From Octopus vulgaris (Eukaryota): 64,000 nucleotides of DNA. Each line of letters opens with the position of its first letter. The stretch's first letter is position 1. The notes beneath the pieces were generated by a model. It saw nothing but the letters and a program-made list of their open reading frames with translations, was not told the origin of the DNA and did no database searches. Location of the stretch: NCBI GenBank assembly GCA_951406725.2, contig OX597832.1, positions 29,574,001-29,638,000 on the forward strand, given 5' to 3'. Positions 53,000-64,000 of this stretch are shown in pieces. The position numbers and the translations under genes are program-made.

Positions 53000-53640
53000 A
53001 ATAATTCTCTGTCATAGAGTCACGTAACTCCATTGTTCCACTCTTGGCTCGTCTCTTTGAGTTTAGCCTTTGGTTTACAATTATCCTAGCTTTTGAGTAT
53101 CCTTTTAGTTCCATTTTTGGATTAACCCATCTTCCGATCAAGAGTTTGTCGGAATATACGACCGTACGTAAGGAGTTGGTGACAATATCAGATACGCTAC
53201 AAGTTAACCCATTTTCCAGAATTGGGTTTAACTTTCAAGTTCAACTCTTCGTCCATTTCTAGGATCTTCTGTTTCCTGTTTGGAGGTTCTTTTCTCTTTG
53301 GCCCTTCCTGGGAGTATTCTATAGTCTAGCCTTGAGTTAACCTATTGTTCCATTTCGTGGTTATACCTTTGACTGTTTTCAATTATATTTACTTCTCGTA
53401 GAGTGAAGTCGGCCCCATGTCCACATGTAATCGTGATGACTTTATTCCGAGCCACCAATTAACAATGCAGTAGATGATCAAACAAGTTCTTATTTTCCTG
53501 TCAACCAGCAAAACATTGACCATATTGACGATGTATACCAGGAAATCTAAAAGCCAATTCTTAACTATTTTTGTTGCTATAGCGTCCACAAGGGAGATGA
53601 CTCTAAACCACTTCGTGGACGTGAAATATCGTCACTACTC
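53000..53640 (-). mobile_element. Possible LTR-retrotransposon integrase remnant
   Basis: VLLVDRK...GIKSSRLHVDMGP resembles integrase LVxVD / LHSDQGP motifs; highly decayed. Confidence 0.35.
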
Positions 53641-53673
53641 AATCCCTCTCCGACCATCCCTCCTTAACTTTTA

Positions 53674-53896
53674 TACAAAGGGGATGCTGAAAAATTCCTG
53701 GCTTTAAGGGTGTCACGAAAGGCCTGGTTGAAAGCCCAACCTTCCGAGTTCTTTGACAGGGTTTAGAAAAACTGAAGGACCGTTGCAGTAAGAGTGAGAA
53801 TCTGAGAGGGGAACTCGTTGGATAAAACCCTAATTAACTGATCCTCCTGTATTTTCCTTTTACCCAAAGCCAGGAACTTTTCAGCAGACCCTCATA
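53674..53896 (+). mobile_element. mariner-derived MITE
   Basis: TA-flanked ~30-bp TIRs (GGGATGCTGAAAAATTCCTGGCTTT / AAAGCCAGGAACTTTTCAGCAGACCC); internal GLEKLKDRC...NLRGE transposase tail. Confidence 0.75.
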
Positions 53897-54375
53897 AATT
53901 TATTACAACCCTAATTATAGCCCCAAGAATTCTCACACTAGTCACTGGTTGGCGTAAATGAAGGAATTGAATGGTTGAGTGGCTGCTGGATCCGGCAAAA
54001 CATCAGCATCGAAAGTGTTTTCTAATTATGGCCATCCCATTTAAGGAGAGGCTGATTATTGCTCAGAGGAAAATCAAATAATCTCTATAAAAACTCCTTC
54101 AAGAGAGGTTGATTATAAAAGTAGACAGGAAGAGAATGTTGAGCCAGGTGGACGAAGGGAGACAACAGACGGTGTTCAATGTAGGGTCTGGGTAAGGATT
54201 GAAACTTCAGATAATCATTTCATACAATCACCTTTCAACTCAGCTAAACAATCCCACCACAACACTAATTTCATCCAGTTATCCTGACCTTTTAATATAT
54301 GAAAATCTAAAACAGTTGTGGTCTCTGCTCCTCCTTTTCAAGATGATAGATTTCTGGGGAAAAAACATTCAGTAT

Positions 54376-54720
54376 TCTGTTGTGTCTGGGGAGAGTCATT
54401 TTCTTTTTGTGCCTTATAATATTTACACACTCACCGGTAAAATTTCCACTTATTTCTTATTTTTATTTTCCTAAAATTTTCTTTGCGTCTTGCAACATTT
54501 TCAATAGTTTTGACTCTTGCAACCTTTTCAAGAGTCAAGAAAAGGTTGCAAGATGTAAAGAAAATTTTAAGAAAATAAAAATAAGAAATAAGTGGAAAAT
54601 TTACCGGTGAGTGTGTTACATTATAAGGCACAAAAAGAAAATGACTCTCCCCAGACACAACAGAATATGCTTCAACACACGTACTCATATAAAGAACCTA
54701 GCAAACCAAATCCAAAAACG
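54376..54720 (+). mobile_element. Foldback cassette (~130-bp inverted repeat + 53-bp tail) with 13-bp TSD
   Basis: 54373-54502 pairs with 54539-54667; AAACATTCAGTAT at 54363-54375 and 54721-54733. Confidence 0.75.
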
Positions 54721-55317
54721 AAACATTCAGTATGTTTAGCTTATAGTAGAAACTTCGTGATCCTACATTGGTAATTCTAGTTTTCTTTCAGTCTTCCCCA
54801 TGAGTGTACCCAGCCATAAAAGTAAGGAAGTAGGGAAGCCCGTTCCCTGTAAGACCCTGAGAGACAATGACTGCACTAGATTTGAACTCATGATCTGGAG
54901 GCCAGAAGTAGATTAAAAACTCAATGTTCCGATGTCTGTCGATATGATATTTATTGCTAAAGGCTGATTTCCATTTTATGAAGACGGAGATATTTTTTCT
55001 TTGAAAGTTCAAATTTCCTAAGACAATATTGGTTTCGAAATTTGGCACAAGGCCAGCAATATTAGGGATGGGGTGGTGTGGAAATAAGTTGATTACATTG
55101 ACCCTAGTACTCAACTAGTACTCGTTTTATTGACCCTGAGAGAATGACAGGTAAAGTCAACCTCAGAATTTGAAGTCAGAACACAAAAACTGATGAAATG
55201 CTGCAAAGCACTTTGCATGACCTCCTATCAGATCATGACCTCCTAACAGGTCATGACCTCCTAAGTGGTCTACCTGCTGTCTTTTTTTCCCTAAGACAAT
55301 ATTGGCAATATTATTAA

Positions 55318-55535
55318 AGGCGACGAGCTGACAGAAACGTTAGCACACCAAGAGAAATGCTTAACAGTCTTTCGACTGTCTTTACGTTCTAAGTTCAAAT
55401 TCCATCGAGTTTGACTTTGCCTTTCATCCTTTGGTGGGAGGGTTGATAAATTAAGTACCAGTTGCATACTGGGGTTGATCTAATCGACTGGCCCCTTCCT
55501 CCAAAATTTCAGGCCTTGTACCTAAGGTAGAAAAT
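55318..55535 (+). mobile_element. SINE family A variant
   Basis: Family A head and core; tail shared with 38555-38757. Confidence 0.8.
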
Positions 55536-56430
55536 AATATTGGCAATATTAACAAATTCCAGCTGAGAAACGAACCTGGTTCCTGTGTTCATTACAGCAA
55601 GCCTTTTTCTTGTGCGTCTGGCACATTATTTTATAGCAGAAGAGTTTCTGTTTGTGCAGGAGTTGTATCGATATTCAGTGATGCATGACTGACAGTTATT
55701 TAAGTAGTGTTTTGTGATGCATGACTGAATAAGTGTTTAACAAGGTCAAAGTTCAGTGAAAGATTGTTATAATTGGATAATTACTGACAATTGTTTAATG
55801 CACATGTGAATGTGTGTGTGTGAATATAATTCCTCCTGCAAAAACCGAGTTGTTTCGTCTTTATAGTTGATAGTAAAGAGAGACAATAAATCAGTTTGGA
55901 TGGTTTGAATAACCAGCAAGTTATTTTCCTGTTATTTATTAGAAGTGCTGATATGGTCATCATCATCATCGTTTAACGTCCGCTTTCCATGCTAATATGG
56001 GTTGGACGATTTGACTGAGGACTGGTGAACCAGATGGCTCCAATTTGATCTAGTAGAGTTTCTATAGCTGGATGCCCTTCCTAATGCCAAGCACTCTGAG
56101 AGTGTAGTGGGTGCTTTTACATGCCACTGGCACGAGGGCCAGTTAGGCAGTACTGGCAACAGCTATGCTCTATTGTTGCTTACAACATCTTAAACTACAT
56201 AAATAGTTTTTCTCTTGATGGTCAAGGGTTTCTATTAGTTTTCTAACTGCATCTTAATATCATTCTGTTATTCTAGTTGAATTTGGAATTGTCAGAAGAT
56301 ATTATTTCTCCTTCCTGAACTACTGACAAAAATAGATGTGTGCGTGTGTGTGTGTGTGTATACATACACACAAGCACACAAGCACACACACACACGCACA
56401 CACATACATACACACATATACATATATATA

Positions 56431-57707
56431 TCAGGTCATTAAGAAAAATTTGTCCGATTTTCTTATGAACCAAGTTTAACAGTCATTAACTCTAATGTTT
56501 TATCCTGATGATTCTTTGTTTTACAACATTGAAGAGTTACACCGTCACTTTTCGAAATGCAGTTCATGGTGTTTGATTATATTGTGAGTTTTCTCTTGTA
56601 AATCAATTTTTGTGAACCCATGTATAGATAAAAAAAATTCATGTTGTTTACGAATATGAGTTCCATCGTGGAACTAATGCTCAATACATCAATGAGGAGT
56701 TTGGTGAAGATGTGGTGAATTAGCACACTGTATGTTAATGGTTTGAGAAGTTCCCGTTTGGTGACTTTATCCTTGAAAATCAGCCCCATGGTAGACCAGA
56801 GACCAAGGTGGATAATGATGAGCTGGAAACTGTAATGGAAGCAGATAAATCTCAAACTATGCATGAGTTAGCAGCAAGGTTTGATGTTTCGATTCCAACT
56901 GTACTGGACCATCTGAAACAAATTGGCAAGTTAAAGAAGTTGGACAAGTGGATACCACACAAACTGAAGGAATATCAAATGACATGTTGTCTTGAAACTT
57001 GCTGTTCTTTGTTGTCATGGCATAACAGAGAACCATTTTTGCATCATATTGTTAAGTGGAATGAAAAATGGATTCTTTTCAACAAAACCAAGAATTCTGC
57101 ATGATGGATGGATAGAGAGGAAGTGCCAAAGCACAATCCGAAAAAGAATATTGACCAAAAAAAGCTAATAATGCTTGTTTGGTGGTCCATTGCTGGTGCC
57201 ATCCACTACAGCTCCATGAGACCTGGTAAGTCAACTACAGCGGATAATATACGTCAACCAACTGGATGAAATGACGAGTGATCATTGCAATTAAACAACC
57301 GAGATTGGTCAATAGAGACAGGCCAGTTCTCTTGCAAGACAATGCTCGACCACATGTTGCACAGAGAACTCTACTCAAGTTACAGGAACTGAACTTGGAA
57401 CTATTCTGTCATCCACCACATTCACCAGTTCTTGCACCAACTGACCATCACGTTTTCCAGGCATTATACAACTTTTTGCAAGGAAGAAGCTTCAAATCTG
57501 AAGAAGATGCAAAAACAGAGTTTCATAATTTCATCACTTCTTGTTCTCCAGAATTCTTTGCTGTTGGCATAAATAAGCTAACAATAAAATGGCAAAATTG
57601 TGTGGATAATTTAAGTGCATTCATTGATTAACTGCATTGCTTTTTGTTGAGATAAAGTAAAATAAACTTTCAATTCAAAATCGGACATTTCCTTCTTAAT
57701 GGCCTGA
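56431..57707 (+). mobile_element. Full-length decayed mariner (DD34D) transposon, ~1.28 kb
   Basis: ~31-bp TIRs TCAGGTCATTAAGAA...GTCCGATTTT / AAAATCGGAC...TTCTTAATGGCCTGA; ORF pieces KWIPHKL, NEKWILF, LLQDNARPH, HPPHSPVLAPTDHH; stops and frameshifts. Confidence 0.92.
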
Positions 57708-57712
57708 TGATG

Positions 57713-57758
<46 letters not shown>

Positions 57759-59079
57759 ACAGAAATACATACATGGACGCATGTATACAAATGTGTATAT
57801 TAGAAAGCACAATGAAGAATGGAGAATTACACATCTCTAATTCTTTGGTTTCCATTGTCTCTTTGTAATATGCTCTGGAATTTTATATGAAATTCTCCAC
57901 ATTATGCAACTGTTGAACATTCATATTCTCTGCCCAACAAATACGATTTGTTATTCTATATATTTTATAATATAAAACCCATCACAAGTGTCTCTCTTAA
58001 TTTCAAACAGGATTTTGGTTTCATCTGATGGATTAAAATAAGCTTTGAATTTTGAAGAATTTTAAAATCATTCTTTAAACTTGATTCAGTTTACTAATCA
58101 TTTTTTCATTTGTTTTCTAATTGAATTAAAAAGTAGCGAATTGAATGGTCCTAAAATAAAATTCTGGGCCTTAAAACAAAACTTTTGTGGGTAAACAAAT
58201 AAGAATATTTTTTTTATCAAAGAAGAATATTTCCCAACGCATTTTTGCATTTTCTTTATAAATTTTTCAGTCTTTTAAACTGACTTTTCTTATGATATTC
58301 TGCTTCTTTGAAAGGATGGCAAAATTCTATTTCAAGAAATCCGATGATCATCATCATCATCATCATTCATTCATCATCATCACCATTCAACTCTTCGCAA
58401 GCAGAGATTAGTGTCCTCAGTTGTTTTATTGACTATTTAAAAAGATATCAACAATACATAGAAGAGAAATAAGCAAGAAATGAAAATAATCCAGAGATGA
58501 AAGAACTCAATACAATGCACTAGTGTAATATATTAAAATTTATTGAAAGTTGGAACTTCACAAATTATGAACCTGGATTTCTTAAATTCTCAAAATATGG
58601 TTGTGGAAGAAACAATTAAATAAAATTTAAAATTTGTATCACATGATCAGCTAGGCTTTCAGCTGTTGCCATACACTGCTGGTCCCAATGCACTTCCTCG
58701 CATTGTTGTAGCTTTGGAATGATGCCACAATGTTGGATAGCAAGCAAGCCAGCATTAGCTTTTTTATTAATCCCCCCAGAAATACATCGAAAAAATTCCA
58801 TGTGTTTGTGGGATAAACGAATATATTACAAAGTTGTCCATCTTTCAAATGAGGTGCATTATAAAACACAAAAAAAGTTATATCTATTCTGATTTATGGT
58901 GGCCTAACGATATTTGTTCCAAACTGGTGACTGATGACGAATGTTTATGAAACTAAATATTCATATTTTAAAGATGAGAGAGATCACAACCATTGATGGC
59001 CTGCTTATAAATTTTGGCCTTCCCAATATCTTAAAACCCATATGTACTTTCACAAGTTTGTGCCTTATCATCTTCCAAG

Positions 59080-59121
<42 letters not shown>

Positions 59122-59126
<5 letters not shown>

Positions 59127-59394
59127 CACCTTTTATCAATTCAAAATGAACAATTAAATTACACCATCTAGAAAATTACATATAATAGAAATATTTTATT
59201 GTTATTTTAATTTTAATATTTCTATTATATGTAATTTTCTAGATGGCATAATTTAATTGTTCAATTTGAATTGATAAAAGGTGGTTTTTTTCTAATTTAT
59301 ATATATATATATTATATTGTGTGAAATTTGATTTAGTATTTCTAAATTAAATTTTTTTCCCCTGCAAGTTAGGATTAATATTCCCTCAAATAAT

Positions 59395-59398
<4 letters not shown>
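59122..59398 (+). mobile_element. Foldback cassette in (TA)n (74-bp inverted repeat + tail)
   Basis: 59122-59195 pairs with 59215-59288 with few mismatches; (TA)n on both sides. Confidence 0.6.
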
Positions 59399-59448
<50 letters not shown>

Positions 59449-59655
59449 TGTATAACTGCAAGTAATTAATGCAGCATTGAATTATAACAGCACCACTAAC
59501 TATTCAGTAATAATTAGTTTGACAATCAAAACTGGTCAACTCTGCAAATATTCTATTTCACAAAAATACTTTTTCAACATATTTAGCGTTTTTTTATTTC
59601 TATTTTTAATGTTGTTCACCACGTGGTGTCTTTCTCAAACTTTTTCACTATATAC

Positions 59656-59699
<44 letters not shown>

Positions 59700-60760
59700 G
59701 TGTGTGTGTGTGTAGATATATATATATACACATGTATGTATGTGTGTGTGTATGTATGTATAAACATAGAGGCAAATACAACAAAGGAATGTGTGTGTGT
59801 ATAGATTTATGATTGTAGATGTCATTGTATAAATCTACTATTGAAGAAATTTACTTAGCTACATGTATGTATATATGTACACACACACACGTGTGTGTGT
59901 GTGTGTGTGTGTGTGCATTTGTATGACTATAGCTCTATTGTATATGGTACACACACATGCACACATATATATATATCCATGACATTCAATTCTTCACGTG
60001 CACACACTCACACTCACACACACGTATGTGTGTGTGCATGTATGTATATATATATATATATATGTATGTATGTGTGTATATATACTCATAATTCCTTTGT
60101 TTTTAATCTGTTTCTTAAAATACAATACAATATATATTTCTATATATATATATTGTATTGTATTTTAAGAAGCACACACACACACACATATTTATATATA
60201 TAGAGACAAATAAGCCTACAAAATCACATACACATACGTATAGATACAAACACGAGTGTCAAGGTATTTTTGGCATACAGTAGATGTATTAATAAAGATT
60301 ATAGAAGTATAAATATTGAACACACAACACATCTACACACCACTGTACATGCAAATATATATACATATATATATATACATATGCATACATGCATATACAT
60401 ACATGCATTCACACAGAGCTGTCTATATGTATGTGTGTTTGTTTTTGTGCATATATACACATCCACATATATACACGCACACACATACATAGACACATGT
60501 GTACATATATATATCTATATATATTTGCATGCCAACATCCACATACATCCACACACCTATAAATATATATTTTGTCCCTTTGTCCTCCTTCGGGTTATTC
60601 AGGTTATTGTGTGTGTGTGTGTGTGTGGGAGGGCTGGGAAAGAATGTGTGTATGTACAGCCCTTTCTCTCTGTATATGAGTGTATGTGTGTGTGTGTGTG
60701 TGATCAAGTACTTGAAATAGGTTATTTACACTGATAATGAACTATACGTATCCATAGGAA

Positions 60761-60821
<61 letters not shown>

Positions 60822-61261
60822 GTGGTGATGATCTCTTAAACAACCATAATCCTTTATTGGCCACAAGGACTCACACATACAATACTAAATATTTCATAGA
60901 AAAAGCATTACCAAAAATGTGGTGGTGGTGGTGGTGGGTTACCTGATAAAAAGGGGATGGAGTATAAATTTAAAACATCAAGATAGGTTAAATATTTGGG
61001 GTTCAAATCAAATAAGGGGCCAACTCATAAATACCACCACATTCGGAGGATCGGGTTTTTTTTCTCTTTGGCTATTCTCTGAAATTAACCATGACCATCA
61101 TCGGTAAATAATTCCAAAACCTGTGACTCATTCTTCTTTAAAGTCTTGATAGATTATTGATGTTTTCTTCACCAAATGTCTACAACTTGGTGACTGGTTG
61201 TATTCACTACACCCCATCCAATTTGTTCCTCAACCATTATTCACTTGTTGTCTATTAGGTT

Positions 61262-61453
61262 ATTTGATAAAGGCAAATATTGACAAAACTCAAGTCAGAC
61301 AGCAAATGTAGATTTTGCAGGAAAGGAGATGAAAATATCAATCACCGTTTGAGTGAGTGCAATGTTCTAGCACAAAAAGAGTATAAATGCAGACATGATT
61401 GTGCAAGCAAAGAGTGCACTGGGATGTTAGGTGAGTGTGGTGACTTGAAAACA
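61262..61453 (+). repeat. Local duplicate of the Dong/R4 CCHC segment at 62925-63116
   Basis: ~192 bp, about 8 mismatches, offset 1663 bp. Confidence 0.9.
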
Positions 61454-62295
61454 CTGGCCACGTTTGGGTGGTGCTTTTTACATGCCACTGGCACAGGGAT
61501 CACAACTACAATTTCCATTTGAATGTGATTTGATTTGATTTAGATGTACTTGACTCAATAGGTCTCCTCAAGCACAGCGGGTCACCCTACAATCCAAGGA
61601 ACTTTAGAGTGGGCTGGTTATGTGACACTGGTGTAGGTTACAGCTGTGAACTCACTTTATTTGCTGGGTCTTCTCAGTCACAGCATACCTCCAGAGGTCT
61701 CAGTCTTTTGTCATTACCTCTGTCAGGCCCAATGTTCGTAGGTCATGCTTCACCACCTCATCCCATGTCTTCCTGGGTCTCCCTCTACCCCGGATTCCTT
61801 CCACTGCTTAGGAGTGGCACTTCTTCACACATCTCTCCTCATCCATCCACAAGTACATAACCATACCAATGAAAACATCTCTCTTGCACGCCACATGCTT
61901 CTTATGTCCAGCATTTGTCTTAGAGCACTTACACTCTGTCGTGTGTACACACTGACCTTACACATGCAGCGGACCATGCTAGCTTCATTTTTTCAAGCCT
62001 ACACATATATTCAGCAGTCACAGCCCATGTTTCACTGCTGTGAAGCATGGCAGTTCACACACATGCATCGAACAATCTACCTTTCACTCTGTGCGAGAGA
62101 CCCTTTCTCACCAGTAAGAGTAGAAGCTTTCTGAACTTTGCCCAGGCTATTCTTATTCTAGTGGTAACACTCTTTGAGCATCCACCTCCACTACAGACTT
62201 GGTCACCTAGGTAGCGGAAGCTATCAACTACTTCTAGTTTCTCCCCTTGACTTGTGATGGAATCTGTTTTCTGAGCATCTGTGATGTTTATACAT
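61453..62295 (-). mobile_element. RTE-clade LINE fragment (ORF C-terminus + 3'UTR)
   Basis: GEKLEVVDSFRYLGD...RIRIAWAKFRKL...VKGRLFDACV (62055..62402). Confidence 0.85.
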
Positions 62296-62717
62296 GTCAT
62301 ATGAAGTGTATTAGAAAATATGCTACAAAACATATCAAGGTTATACATATTTATATAAAAAAAAAGTAAGACACAAATGTAAAGCATATCTAATGTAGAC
62401 ACGATGGAGATTTTTTTGACATAAAATAAATAAGGATAACTTCCTCACAGAGAAGAGAACATGTGCAACCCAGGTGGAATCAAGTGCATTCCTATTCTAA
62501 TCACCTCTTGCACTGATCAACAGATTTAATTGTGTTTATTTTTGACTTCAGACAAACCAAGAGGCCCTTTCACCATCTGGGCAAAAGGCTTTGGTTATTG
62601 TTAGACCCCTAACACACTTTATCAGCAATGTATCATTGGAAGGTTTCTGTTACATACATCTTTCATTTACAATCAACATTTACGCTATTTACAGTAATAA
62701 CAATATTAAACATTGTC

Positions 62718-62752
<35 letters not shown>

Positions 62753-62755
<3 letters not shown>

Positions 62756-63490
62756 GAGAAAAGAAAGAACAGTAGAACAAACAATTGGAAACTACATAGC
62801 TAATTCATGCAACAAACTGACAATGTTGAAAGTAAAGGATGCCGGCTCAGGTTGACAGGTGGAAACTCAAAATGAGAGATCAAAACACTAATTTTAGCCT
62901 CTCAAGAACAAGCCATTAGAACAAATTTGAGAAAGGCAAATATTGACAAAACTCAAGTCAGACAGCAAATGTAGATTTTGCAGGAAAGGAGATGAAAGTA
63001 TCAATCGCCTTTTGAGTGAGTGCAATGTTCTAGCACAAAAAGAGTATAAATGCAGACATGATTGTGCAAGCAAAGAGTGCATTGGGGTATTAGGTGAGTG
63101 TGGTGGCTTGAAAACAACTGAAAAATTGTATGGACATGAACTGGAGGCTGTGATAGAAAATGAGAATCACAGGATCTTATGAGATTTCCTCATAAAGACC
63201 GATTGTATTATTAAAACAAGAAGACCAGATATGATTACATAGGACAAAATAAACAGTCTAAGGTCATAGATTTTACCATTCTCTATGATAAAAGAATCGA
63301 TACCAAAGAAATTGAAAAAACAAATAGGAAATATCAGGATCTAGCCAGAGAATTGAGGAAATTGTGGAAGACCAAGACAACAGTTATTCTTGTAGTAATT
63401 GGTACATTTGACACAGCATCAAAAACAGACTGAAAAATATTGGAATTGAAACTGGGAAGTCCCTGTGAACTAAAGTAGCATCCAATAGGG
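62753..63490 (+). mobile_element. Decayed Dong/R4-clade element 3' portion inserted in (TAA)n
   Basis: LILASQEQAIRTN, DSKCRFCRKGDESINRLLSECNVLAQKEYKCRHD, RPD and KYQDLARELRKLW motifs; (AAT)n on both sides. Confidence 0.85.
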
Positions 63491-63507
63491 AAATAATAAT
63501 AATAGTA

Positions 63508-63538
<31 letters not shown>

Positions 63539-63556
63539 CGATGATGATGGTGATGG

Positions 63557-63589
<33 letters not shown>

Positions 63590-63665
63590 CGATGACGATG
63601 ACGATGACGATGATGATAATGATGACGATGACGATGATGACGATGATGATAATGATGATGATGAC

Positions 63666-63715
<50 letters not shown>

Positions 63716-63730
63716 CGATGATGGTGATGG

Positions 63731-63763
<33 letters not shown>

Positions 63764-63815
63764 CGATGACGATGACGATGACGATGATGATGATGATAAT
63801 GATGACGATGACGAT

Positions 63816-63850
<35 letters not shown>

Positions 63851-63893
63851 TGATGACGATGATGATGATGATGATAATGATGATGGTGATGAC

Positions 63894-63934
<41 letters not shown>

Positions 63935-63995
63935 CAGCAACAACAACGACGAAGAGGACGATGATGATGATGATGACAATGATGATGATGATAAT
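63491..63995. repeat. (GAT/GAC)n microsatellite
   Basis: Direct inspection. Confidence 0.95.
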
Positions 63996-64000
63996 CAATA

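Overview
AT-rich, microsatellite-saturated eukaryotic DNA. The repeat content (tRNA-derived SINEs with internal TA/TG tracts, RTE 3' ends with (GAT)n tails, Dong/R4 LINEs in (TAA)n) points to an octopus (coleoid cephalopod) intergenic or intronic region; the species assignment is an inference. No intact host gene is supportable, and nearly all ORFs in the track are microsatellite translations or decayed transposon fragments. Recognisable elements are three SINE families, CR1/L2, RTE and Dong/R4 LINE remnants, a full-length decayed mariner, maT and pogo remnants, two non-autonomous Helitrons, several MITEs and four minisatellites. The most interesting signal is non-coding. Short cassettes with the layout target - inverted repeat - unique tail - target recur, mostly in (TA)n. 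Four type I hammerhead-ribozyme loci are also present: a near-canonical one duplicated head-to-head at 693-832, and variants at 10348-10382, 18146-18181 and 36531-36636. Together these fit microsatellite-targeting Penelope-like pLTR or retrozyme-type elements whose coding partner is not in the window. A second notable pattern is head-to-tail SINE multimers that share one self-complementary junction at five independent loci.
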